From Octopus sinensis (lineage: Eukaryota): DNA of 64,000 nt. Positions within the stretch are counted from its first letter, which is position 1. The number at the start of each line of letters is the position of its first letter. The stretch spans positions 8,618,001-8,682,000 of the forward strand of contig NC_043000.1 of the NCBI RefSeq assembly GCF_006345805.1. The letters are read 5' to 3'. This document shows positions 50,140-62,155 of the stretch, piece by piece. The notes beneath the pieces are model-generated. The model saw only the letters and a list, made by a program, of their open reading frames with translations, did no database searches and was not told the DNA's origin. A program made the position numbers and the translations under genes.

Positions 50140-51735
50140 GTTCTTTCTAATTTTTGGCACAAACCCAGCAATTTTACGGGAAGGGATTAGTCAATGACAT
50201 CGACACCCGTGTTCAACTGGACGAAGGTAAATTCGCCCACTGCAGAATTTGCTCTCAGAACCTAACGACATAAGAAAATCCGCTAAACATTTTGCCCGGC
50301 ATATTAATGTTTCTTATTTCTTTACTAACCACAAGCGGCTAAACACAGAGAGGGCAAACAAGGACAGACAAACGGATTAAGTCGATTTTATCGACCCCCA
50401 GTGCGTAACTGGCGCTTATTTAATCGACCCCGAAAGGATGAAAGGCAAAGTCGACCTCGGCGGAATTTGAACTCAGAACGTAGTTGCGTACTGTGTCGAT
50501 CTAGTCGATTGGCCCTCTCCCACCTTATTTCGGGCCTTGTGCCTATAATAGAAAAGAAATTGTAGAGCGTCAGAGAGATGTCTTATGGTATTTATTCTGG
50601 CTCTTCGTGCCCTGAATTCTGAGACGGTTGACTTAATCTGTTACCTGCGTGTGTGTATGTATGTATCGGGAAGTGGGTAAGTCGATTATGTCAACCTCAG
50701 TGATGAACTGGTACTTATTTTATCAACCTCGAAGGATGAAAGGCAAAGTAGACCTTGGTGAAATTTGAACTCAGAACGTAAAGACGGACGAAATGTTATT
50801 GAAGTACGCTTGGCATTCGCTTACAATCTTACGCTTGCAACTTAGTGTCAGGGGACACAACTCTCTCTACAAATTCCGCCGAGGTCGACTTAACCTTTCA
50901 TTCTTTCGGGGTCGATAAATTAAGTACCAGTTACGCACTGGGGTCGATATAATCGACTTAATCCCTTTGTCTGTCCTTGTTTGTCCCTTCTGTGTTTAGC
51001 CCCTTGTGGGTAGTAAAGAAATATGTTAACTCCCAGCCATCGGTTTCTCCTTGAATAAACTGTACACCTGCGTTAAATTTTCGTTATTTTCTTTTCATCC
51101 TGTTTTTGACACGTTCAGTTCTGAAGATTAAAAAAAAAAAAAAGGATGGGGGTAGAAAAAAGAAAAAAAAACGCATTTCATATGGAAAGTATAAAGAAGC
51201 AACAATTTATTTTAAAATTAAAAATTTAGAAACAGAATATAGAAGACTTAGGCATACCTGGTTTTGTTTTACAAAATTATGCAAAACATGTTTACTCAAG
51301 AATTTTAAAATTTGGTAAGAATTTTTTTAAAGCGTTAAAATATGTTTTTAATGGCCTGCAACACAGCTTTGCGATGTGCCTTTGAAAATCACTACAGTAG
51401 AATGGCAAGTTACCTGTAGTATGAGTTTCGGATTTTGGCACAAGACCGGCAAGTACCAGTTACGCACTGGGGTCGATGTAATTGACTTAATCCGTTTGTC
51501 TGACTTTGTTTGTTCCCTCTGTGTTTAGCCCCTTGTGGGTAGTAAATAAATAGGCATTTCGCCTGCCGCTACGTTCTGAGTCCAAATTCCGCCGAGGTCG
51601 ATTTTGCCTTTCATCCTTTCGGGGTCGATTAAATAAGTACCAGTTACGCACTGGGGTCCGATGTAATCGACATAAACCCTTTGTCTGTCCATGTTTGTCC
51701 CCTCTATGTTTAGCCCCCTGTGGTACTGAAGAAAT
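50140..51735. mobile_element. Cluster of about seven group A SINE pieces on both strands
   Basis: Repeated core motif. Confidence 0.85.
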
Positions 51736-52100
51736 TAATATATGTATGGTCAGTGACCGGGGGTAGAGGAAGTAAGTTGGAGTCAGTTTATTTCAGAGAC
51801 TGAAGAAGATGTGTAGGCAATTGTAGGGACCATACATATCATATTACACCCTCTCACCCCATCCCCTAATGCCCACAACAAGCAATTTTTGTTGGTTTTT
51901 CTCACATTTCACGGTCAGCTTCGGCTGGCTTCAGGTATGTTCCCACTATTTTCTTGGGATATCCTATTGTTTTGAAATTATGTTTCATCTAATGATTACT
52001 GTTTTTTGAAGTGATGTAATACACTCATTCTTCTACTTAGAAAATGCGTAAGAAACAGCTGTTATCAGCTGACAATTATCCATCGTCTGTTATTCATTTG

Positions 52101-52167
<67 letters not shown>

Positions 52168-52184
52168 TATATATATATATATAT

Positions 52185-52926
52185 GGCTCTCCTCCTGCAA
52201 CTCAACTTGATTTCGTGCCGTGTCGTCTGCTGCTGGAGAGGACCGATCAAGTAAAGGATCTGGGTATCTTGGTGGATTCCTCCTTTTCGCCTTCAGCCCA
52301 GTGCGTCCATGCTGCCAACAAAGCACGCGGAATTCTGTTCTTGATTCGACGGTCATTCGGAATGCTCACAGCAGCCATATTCCTACCACTCTATGTCACG
52401 CTGGTGAGACCCATATTGGAGTACGGATTCAAGCCTCTTCTCCTTATCTCCTCAAAGACATACAGCATCTCGAAAGAGTCCAGAAGCTGGCTACCCGCAT
52501 GGTTCATGGTCTCAAAAATTTGTCCTACGAAGAAAGGCTGAGGACGCTCTCGACTTATTCTCTTTGAAAAACGCCGCCGCCGTGGTGATTTCATTCTCGT
52601 CCCCACAACATCATAGCGGAAAGTGTAACCTCTCGAAAGAGCTGTTCTTCACTCTCCTGCAGAGCGTCGGCTGCGGGGTCATTCGAAAAGCTCTACCTGC
52701 GACGATTTCATCTCAATCGAAGGAGAGGAGCTTTCTCCGTCCGGGTTGCGATCCGTGGAACAAGCTGCAGACGAGATGGTGAAGATGCCGACGACCGCTT
52801 TGTTCAAAGCCTCCCTTGACCTCAAGTGGCCTGAACTCTTTACATGAACACCACCATGTACTTAACTCCATTCCCCCTACATGGCCTTGCTATTTGCTTT
52901 TGAGCCAAATTAACTAACTAACTAAC
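52185..52926 (+). mobile_element. CR1-clade LINE 3' end, 5'-truncated, with (TAAC)n tail
   Basis: VKDLGILVDSS..AANKARGIL..IRRSF..LYVTLVRPILEYG..HLERVQKLATRMVHGLKNLSYEERL..RRRRGD..LRGH..WNKL; stop at 52845-52847. Confidence 0.95.
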
Positions 52927-53040
52927 ATAATATATATATATATATGTATAAAATATATATATAATAATAAATATTAGGGAATAAATCAAATTACGGGAAA
53001 AAATGATTTATGATTAAATCGATTTTATAGTAAAATATAT

Positions 53041-53370
53041 AAAAATATTATTCGAGACAAAAACACTATTTGCAAAACAAAACAGGAAGACTAATTAATA
53101 CATAATTTATAAATAGTCAAAAAAACCGCCACTACAATCGTTTCTTGTCTTGATCGACAATCTTCAGGTGGACTCCAATACAAGTCAATTTCAAAAATGA
53201 AAACTCATTATTTGAAATTGACTTGTAATTGGAAGTCCACCTGAAGATTGTCGATCAAGACAAGAAACGATTGTAGGGCGGTTTTTTTGACTATTTATTA
53301 AAATTTTATGTATAATTAGTCTTTCCTTGTTTGTTTTGGCAAAATAGTGGTTTGTCTCGAATAATTTTTA
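53041..53370. mobile_element. PLE-type fold-back (about 160-bp arms, near-zero spacer) between TA tracts
   Basis: Arms meet at AATGA-aaac-TCATT near 53201; hammerhead motif in each arm. Confidence 0.85.
53129..53171 (-). ncRNA. Canonical minimal type I hammerhead motif (mirror 53237-53279 has a stem I deletion)
   Basis: CCAC-CUGAAGA-UUGUC gaucaa GACAA-GAAA-C GAUU G-UA-GUGG; all core positions conserved. Confidence 0.82.
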
Positions 53371-53371
53371 C

Positions 53372-53418
<47 letters not shown>

Positions 53419-53444
53419 TATATATAGTATATATCTATATAGTA

Positions 53445-53484
<40 letters not shown>

Positions 53485-53509
53485 AATATATATTCTATAT
53501 ACATATATA

Positions 53510-53545
<36 letters not shown>

Positions 53546-53558
53546 TATATATACATAT

Positions 53559-53643
<85 letters not shown>

Positions 53644-54160
53644 TAATTAAGGGTTAACAAGTTGCTTAAAACCACATACCGAAAATATTAGAAATAGCAG
53701 CCAAATTGATTACTATTTCTTCTACTAATACAAAACCCCCACAAACAAGCAAATAGAATTTGTAACCTGTATATGGCAGAAATGGAAGAAAATAACGAAA
53801 TCCCAGCCTATGGATTAATTATAGACGAATCGTTTCTGGATTAGAACCGAAGGCTCATTTCCTTGGCAATATAATATTTCCTATAAATCTAGAAATGCTA
53901 GGGGAAAAAACTTACCCGTTACACCAGCACGATCAGCGACATCGAACGATCTAACGAAACTGCTAGCATTCCTACACTTATACAGACATGCGAATTCGTA
54001 TCTCCCTCCAAAATTACCACGTGAGCCACAAAAACATTTCTTGTAAGGGAGCAATAGTATTCAATATGCAATAAAGGGTGGAAGATATTCCACCCTTTTT
54101 GTATTATATATATATCTATAATATATATAATATATATATAATATATATATAAGAGAGAGA

Positions 54161-54884
54161 GTGACCCCCTTCGGTCAGACACTGATCATGGGTTTGCACC
54201 TAAAGAGTTACCCTCCGAGGCACAAGTCTGGGCAAGGTTGTTTTTTTTTTATGGAAGACCAGCAGTCGCCCATGCATACCGGCCTCCCCTCTCCACGTCA
54301 CCGATGTTGTCCAAGGGAAAGGCAAAGGGGCCGATACAGCTTGGCACCTGTGACGTCGCAACTCATTTCTACAGCTGAGTGAACTGGAGCAACGTAAAAT
54401 GACATGTTTTACTCAAGAACACAACATGCAGCCTGGTATAAATACACCCCACATACACACATACATATATGTGTGCGTGTGTGTGTATGTGTGTGTGTGT
54501 GTATGTGTGTGTGTGTGTATGGAGGCGCAGTGGCCCAGTGGTTAGGGCAGCGGACTCGTGGTCGTAGGATCGCGATTTCGATCCCCAGACCGAGCGTTGT
54601 GAGTATTTATTGAGCGAAAACACCTAAAATTCTACCAGGTTCCGGCACGAGAAAGTGGTGAACCCTGCTGTACTCTTTCACCACAAATTTCTCTCACCTG
54701 TATTTCAAAGGGGCAGCCTTGTCACACTCTGTGTCACGCTGAATCTCCTGGAGAACTACGTTAAGAGTACACGTGTCTGTGGAGTGCTCAGCCACTTGCA
54801 CGTTAATTTCACGAGCAGGTTGTTCCGTTGATTGTATCAACTGGAACCCTCATCGTCGCAACCAATGGAGTGCCACGACGACGA
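54161..54884. mobile_element. Back-to-back group C SINEs (minus 54161-54437; plus 54521-54884 with a different 3' tail)
   Basis: Match to other copies; the two share a head type but have different tails. Confidence 0.85.
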
Positions 54885-54912
54885 TCTAAATAAATATAGA
54901 TATATATGTGTA

Positions 54913-54956
<44 letters not shown>

Positions 54957-55040
54957 GATACACACACACACACACACAACAACACACACACACACACACC
55001 ATACATATATATATATATATGTAATATATTATATATATAC

Positions 55041-55251
55041 TTTATTTTTAGCAGCAGAAAATTCACAAAATCTGTTACTCTGAGTTTCTCGTGCCGTTCA
55101 TCAGACAGTACTGTCTGATGAACGGCACGAGAAACTCGAGTAACAGATTTTGTTGAATTTTCTGCTGCTTAAACATAAAGCATAATTACTCTACCACGGT
55201 ATTTGAGTGCTCTTTTTTCCACCTTGTTTCACATTCATGTGTTTACTCCGT
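55041..55251 (+). mobile_element. PLE-type end with zero-spacer palindrome centred at 55109/55110
   Basis: 55041-55109 mirrors 55110-55180; the unpaired tail to 55251 ends in (TA)n. Confidence 0.85.
55111..55146 (+). ncRNA. Minimal hammerhead motif (mirror on minus strand 55072-55108)
   Basis: CUGU-CUGAUGA-A CG gca CG A-GAA ACUCGAGU-A-ACAG; 8-nt palindromic stem III; weak stem II. Confidence 0.68.
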
Positions 55252-55312
55252 ATATATATATATATCTAGAGATTTTATATATTAGAAGATAGATTATTAT
55301 ATATATATATAT

Positions 55313-55389
<77 letters not shown>

Positions 55390-55760
55390 TTAGGAAGATT
55401 TCTTGTGATAAGAAATTGTAAAGAAATTAGATATATTCCAATAGCAAGAATAAAATGGGTCGAAACTTCTTACAGGAGACGTACTCTATTTTATTCCTCA
55501 ATCGAGAGCACAGAATGATCAACTGATGAATAAAGCAGGCTTAATTTGCTTTATATTTGTGCTTTAGACGACTTATTACCAATTAAACAGTTTAATACAA
55601 TGTTTATATTTCCATTATTTCAGAAGAAATAATTGAATCCTTTTTTTTGGCTAATTGTGCCGCATTTCAGTTTCTGAATTAAAAAATATCTGCTTGAAAT
55701 AAGAGGACCTCCATGGGTACAACCATTTCCACACGGACAGTAAAACGTGGACATCACAGG

Positions 55761-56222
55761 GGCAAGCGTGGCAGTGTGGCGAAATGGCCTAGTGGTTAGG
55801 GCAGTGGACTCGCGGTCGTAGGATCGCAGTTTCGATTCCCAGACCGGGCGTTGTGAGTGTTATGCCTAAATGGCAAATTCTATGAAATAAAGAAGCTAGC
55901 TTCCCAACCACAGTCCCACTGCGTGACAACCTTGGGCAAGTGTCTTTTATTATTATAGCTTCGGGCCGATCAAGGCTTTTTGAGTGGATTTGGTAAGCGG
56001 AAACTGAAAGAAACATGCCGTGTATATATTTATGTGTTATTGTGTGTCAGTCTGTCTATCCACCCCCATCACCGCTTGACAACCGGTGGTAGTGTGTTTA
56101 CGTTCTTGTAACGTAGCGGTTCGGCAAAGAGACCGATTGAATAAGTACCAGGCTTAACAAAATGAAGTCCTGCGGTCGATGCCCCAGCATGGTCACAGTC
56201 TAATGACTGAAACAAGAATACG
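55761..56222 (+). mobile_element. Group B SINE with a group C head nested near its 5' end
   Basis: Group B start at 55761, group C head about 55780-55865, group B resumes near 55891. Confidence 0.75.
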
Positions 56223-56799
56223 ATAAAACATAAAATATTGATTTTTAACATCAAAATATAGCTCCCATGGTGAGGACGCATATCATAGGGATCGGTATTT
56301 TTCACTCATGATCAGAAGACCGCGATTTCGATTCCTGGACTAGGTGGTGCTTTGTGTATTTATGCAAAATCCTTAATTTCACGCTGTTCCAGTTCATTTA
56401 GCTGTAAATCATTTCCGGCAATAGCTGTGAGGTAAACCATGCGACGGACCGGCGTCGTTTTCAATGCGAGTAGTGTAATTTCAATCACTTATACGCCATG
56501 GAAGCCGGCTTAAGACTCGGTCTTATAAAACCTAATGCTCATGAAAATAAATAAACGAATGAATGAATAAATAAATAAATGCTTTCAAAGTCCACCAAAA
56601 GAAGTTCAAGAGAGAAGGGGAGCAGAAAATAGAGTGAAAAGAGGATGAAAAAGAGAAGTAACGAAGTAATACTTTAAGTATTAATTTCTTTAAATATAAA
56701 TGCTGGAAGCAATTCAAAATCCTTTTGAAAATTTAACAAAAGGAAATAAATAAATATCATTGAGATGAAAATAGGGAAATACGTATATTATTGTATGTA

Positions 56800-57012
56800 G
56801 ATTTTGCTGTGTCTGGGGAGAGTCAAATTGTCTTATTGCCTTATTATCTAACACACTCACCGATTCGATTTTCACTCATTTATTATTTTTATTTTTTATT
56901 AAAAATTTTTGCTGCTTTTGCAACCTTGTCAATAAGTGGAAATCGAATTGGTGAATGTGTTAGATAGTAAGGTATTAAGACAATATGACTCTGCCCAGAT
57001 ACAACAAAATTT
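56800..57012. mobile_element. MITE-like element with about 80-bp imperfect TIRs
   Basis: ATTTTGCTGTGTCTGGGGAGAGTCA..AACACACTCACC pairs with GGTGAATGTGTT..TGACTCTGCCCAGATACAACAAAAT. Confidence 0.7.
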
Positions 57013-57155
57013 GCTTCAACACACGAATTCACATAAAGAATCTTGCGAACTGAATACAAAAACAAAATAGCATGTAGAGTTATCTACATTTATAAGTATT
57101 CAAAAGGAAAATATTTAGGAAAAAGAAATAGTTTCAATTCATATGTAATTACATA

Positions 57156-57541
57156 GGCGTAGGAGTGGGTGGTAAGTAGCTTGCTTACGAACCATATGGT
57201 TCCGGGTTCAGAACCACTGCGTGGCACCTTGGGCAAGTGTCTTCTACTATAGCCTCGGTCCAACCTAAGCCTTGTGAGTGGATTTGGTAGACAGAAACTG
57301 AAAGAAGCCCGTCGTATATATGTATAATATATATATATATATATATATACAGTATATGTATATATGTTGTGGTGTGTGGTGTGTGTGTGTGTGTGTGTGT
57401 GTGTGTTGTGTGTGTTTGTGTGTCTGTGTTTGTCCCCGTAACATAGCGGGGATAAGTCCTGGGGTCGATTTGCTCGACTAAAGGCGGTGCTCCAGCATGA
57501 CCACAGTTACATGACTGAAACAAGTAAAAGAGTAAAAGAGT
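57156..57541 (+). mobile_element. Group B SINE
   Basis: Match to other copies. Confidence 0.88.
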
Positions 57542-57559
57542 ATATGTGATTTCTCATTA

Positions 57560-59840
57560 GCCGGCGAGAATCGTCAGCACGTTGGGCAAAATGTTTAGAA
57601 TTATTTCACCCGTCTTTACGATCTGAGTTCAAGTTCTCCCGATGTCGATTTTGCCTTTCATCCTTTCGGGGTTGATAAAGTAAACACCAGTTGAACACTG
57701 GGGTCAATGTAATCGATTTACCCCACCCCCGAAATTGCTGGCCTTGTGCCAAAATTTGTAACCAATATTTAGTAATAAATTAAGTCAGCGTGCTGGCAGA
57801 ATCGTTACCGTGTCGGACAAAATGCTTAGCGGTATTACGTCCGTCTTTGAGTTCGAATTCTGCTGTGGTTGACTTTGCTTTTTATCCTTTCGGGGTCGAT
57901 AAAATAAGTACCAGCTGAATACTAGAGTCGATGTAATCGAATAGCCCCCTCCCACATAATTTCAGAAAGGATATGAGAAACCAGAATGAATTCCATAAGA
58001 CATCTCTCTGACGCTCTACAATTTCTTTTCTATTATAGGCACAAGGCCCGAAATTTTTTTTTTTTGTGGGGGGGGCAGCCGATTAGATCGACAACAGTAC
58101 GCAAATGGTACTCAATTTATCGACCCCGAAAGGATTAAACGCAAAGTCGACCTCGGCAGAATTTGAACTCAGAACGTATAGACAGACGAAATACAGCTAA
58201 GCATTTCGCCCGGCGTACTAACGATTCTGTCAGCTCACCGCCTTTCACTTAATGCCCCCCACCCCCGGTGGCAAGGCGAGCACGCAAATGGCGTATAAGT
58301 GGCTGATACTCGACATTCTCACTAAACGGGATGCCAATCCGTCTCAGGGTAACCAATTGAGTTGAGTGAAATGGAACAACATGAAATGAAGCTTTTCGCT
58401 CAAAAACACAAGGCACCACCCGATACGGGGATCGAATCCCCGATCGTGAGATCGTGGATACGATACCTTAACCACTAGACCACTCGCCTTCATATAAAAT
58501 CTTCTACATATCTCAGAATGCTAGATACAACAGCCATTTTTTTCTTCAAAAAGAACTCAACAACTTCATGCATGTTTATACGTTTGCTTGAATCAAAGAG
58601 CAAGATCTTCCTCAAACTTTCGGCTTCTGTCTCATGCCATTTCAATACAATACCCAGTTACTACCGGGTACCTCAGTTTTTCAGAAACTAAACTAAAAGA
58701 GTAGTGTTAGCAATTAACATGTTTCAATATTTCAATATTCTTTTCTACTCTTAGCACAAGGCCCGAAATTTGGGGAATGGGGCCTGTCGATTAGCTGACC
58801 CTCGTACGCAAGTGCTACTTAATTTTTCGACCCCGAAAGGGCTCACTGCCTTGCACATGTTTCAATATTAATAATAAAACTAAAGCGGTGAGCTGGTAGA
58901 ATCGTTAGCAGGCCGGACAAAATGCTAAACGACATTTCGTCCGTCAATACGCTCTGAGTCCGACTTTGCCTTTCATCCTTTCGGGGTCGATTAAATAAGT
59001 ACCAGTTACGCACTGGGATCGATGTAATCGACTTAATCCGTTTGCCTGTCCTTGTTTGTCCCCTCTGTGTTTAGACCCTTGTGGGTAGTAAAGAAATAGG
59101 TGTTTCGTCTGTCTTTACGTTCTGAGTTCAAATTCCGTCGAGGTCGACTTTGCCATTCATACTTTCGGGGTCGATAAATTAGGTACTAGTTACGCACTAG
59201 GGTCGATGCAATCGAATTAATCCCTTTGTCTGTCCTTGTTTGTCCCTTCTATGTTTAGCCCCTTGAAGGCAATAAAGAAATAATAATCGTTAGCAGGCCG
59301 GACAAAATGCTTAGCGATATTTCGTCCGTCAATACGTTCTGAATTCAATATCCGCCGAGGTCGACTTTGCCTTTTATCCTTTCAGGGTCGGGAAATTAAG
59401 CACCAGTTACGCACTGGGGTCGATGTAAAATTTCCCTAAAATTTCAGGCTTTGTGCCTATAATAGAAAACTATTAATAGTGAAACTAAAGCGATGAGCTG
59501 GTAGAATCGTTAGCACTCCGAGTAAAATGCTTAGCAGCATTTCGTCCGCCTGTGCTTTCCGAGTTCAAACTCTAGCGAGGTCGACTTTACATTTCATCCT
59601 TTCGGAGCCGATATAATAAATACCAGTTGAATGCTGGGGTCGATATAATCGACTTAGTCCTTTTCTGTGCCAAAATACGAAACCAATGTAAATAGTAAAT
59701 CTCCGTCAGTACGTTCTGTGTTGAAATGCAGCCGAGGCTTTGCAGTTTCATTCTCTTAAGATCGATAAAATAAGTACCAGTTCTGCATTAGGGTTGGTGT
59801 AATCGACTCCCCCTCCCCTGAACTTACTGGCCCTGTGCCT
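57560..59840. mobile_element. Dense cluster of about nine group A SINEs plus one minus-strand group C SINE (about 58290-58492)
   Basis: Repeated core motif; plus-strand run from 58884 to 59840. Confidence 0.88.
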
Positions 59841-60868
59841 AAATTTGAAGTCAACATTTAATAATAAAACTACAAAGAAATATAATTTTGATAGTTATTT
59901 TGTAATTTTTTTTATCGTTTATTTGTTTCAGTCATTGGACTGCAGCCATGCTGGGATAGCGTCTTGAATGCGATTGTTGAACAAATCGATCCCATTTCAT
60001 TCTATCGGTGTGGATGGAGACGTAAACAAACCGATATAGGTTTCAAGTAGTAGCGGGGGATGGGAGCGGTTGGCAAACTCAAGCACAAACACACAGAGAC
60101 AAATACATGTGCGTGCGCGAGTATGCATGCATTTAAAAGCATAACATTTTTTAAAACAGACACCTAAAAACCCATCCTGAAGTGGAAAATCAAATAGCGT
60201 AGATGCGAAAATATGTAAAAATCATTTATTAAACTAAGCTAATATATTTTTTAAAATATTTTTTCGTGCTACCAATTTTTTATTATGAACCAATACCGAC
60301 GTAAGTTGAAATATACCTGTATTTTTCTTAAATCATATACAGAATATTTTTCACTTTAACTATTTATCTCGGCAAAAGAAACACACACACCACACACACA
60401 CACACGCCAAAACGAAAATTAATGAACGAAAAAACACATAAAATTTCAACTGCTCAATCTCATATTTTATTTAGAATGGATAATAAATAACAATATTTAA
60501 CAATCAAATTAGAATACGGATATGGTATTAGATCATTTTATCATTAACTGGGTATTTATTTTTATAAATCCAGTTTGGAAATTCGTTTTATTGAAATATA
60601 ATCAAAATTTTAGGAAAATGGAGTCGAAGACGTAATGTTTAGCTAACAGGCTAAGGGAAGCAATCTAAAACTAACTGTTCTATAAATCTACGGAGTTACT
60701 TCCCTTGCATTAATAAGTTCGCTTTTTGGCATTTTCGTTTCACCAGTTGACAATCGCTTTGTTTATTCAGCTATTTCTAAACTTTGAATCAGTTTTCTTG
60801 TAAAGAAATTCCATTATACAAAGGTAAAACAGTGTACATATACATAATAACCCCCTTATATATATTTT

Positions 60869-61300
60869 AGGCGCAGGTGTGTCTATGAGGTAAGAAGCTT
60901 GTATTCAACCACATGGTTCTAGGTTCAGTCCCACTGCGTGGCATCTTGGTCAAGTGTCTTTTACTACTGCCTTGTGAATGGATTTGCTAGACGGAAACTG
61001 AAAGAAGCCCGTCGTGTATATGTGTGTGTGTGATGTGTGTGTGTGGGTGTGGGTGTGTGTGTGTGTGTGTGTGTATTTGTGTGTTTGTGTCTATGTTTGT
61101 CCTCCCATCATTGCTTGACAACCGATGTTGGTGCGTTTATGTCCCCGTAACTTAGCGGTTCGGCAAAAGAATTCGATAGAATAAGTACTAGGCCTACAAA
61201 AAATAAATCCTGGGGTCGATCTGTTCGATTAAAACCCCTTAAGGCGGTGCTACAGCATGGCTACAACCAAATAGCTGAAACAAATAAAAGAATAAAGGAA
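60869..61300 (+). mobile_element. Group B SINE
   Basis: Match to other copies. Confidence 0.88.
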
Positions 61301-61379
61301 TATATATATATATATATATATAAATATATATATATAGCATAATTAAATCTCAGAATAAGATTGAAACAGTAATCGCTCG

Positions 61380-61655
61380 ATAATGTAAAGTATAGAAGCC
61401 ATCTTATCATGGCTAACCACATTGGGGAGGGGGTGTTACTGTAGCTTTATAGCCACAAGAGATCGTCGTCTCTAGCTGGAGTATTTGCAAAGGGAGGCCA
61501 TCCCTTCCTCGCAAGCCTGAGTGATACGCTCGAACTAGTTTCGGGATATTGTGTCTAAAGCCAGCTAGAGACGACGATCTCTTGGGGTTATAAAGCCACA
61601 GTAACACCCCCTCCCCAATGTGGTTAGCCATGATAAGATGGCTTCTATACTTTAC

Positions 61656-61660
<5 letters not shown>
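61380..61660. mobile_element. Fold-back/MITE with 100-bp arms and 81-bp spacer
   Basis: 61380-61479 versus 61561-61660, three mismatches seen; right end runs into (TA)n. Confidence 0.85.
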
Positions 61661-61710
<50 letters not shown>

Positions 61711-62155
61711 ATGTATGTATGCATGTATATATGTATGTATGCATGTATATATGTATGTATGCATGCATGTATATATGTATGTATGCATGTATACATGTAT
61801 GTATGCATGCATGTATGTATGCATGCATGTATGTATGTATATATGTGTGTGTGTATGTATGTATGTTGGTATGTATGTATCCAGTAATTTTTTACTAGTT
61901 TTATATTTTCTTTTTGTCTTCTCTCCTTGTGCTGTATGAACATTTAAGGTGGTTTTAAAGTCAGATTCTGGCTGCTATTTTCAGCATGGCGGTATCTCGT
62001 AGATACCCTAAATAATAATTATTACCTTTGAAGGTTCTTATTTCCATGCTGGCCACTTGATAAGATCGATATTATTTCAATTAGCGAGCTTATCCTTATT
62101 TATATATATATATATATATAATATATATATTATATATATATAATATATATATATA

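Noticed and set aside
51900-51945. Microexon CTTCGGCTGGCTTCAG|GTATGT
   Set aside because: Splice-like dinucleotides alone, with no neighbouring exons to support it.
55523-55555. Hammerhead from CTGATGA plus a perfect 8-bp hairpin
   Set aside because: No GAAA follows the hairpin and there is no stem I partner.
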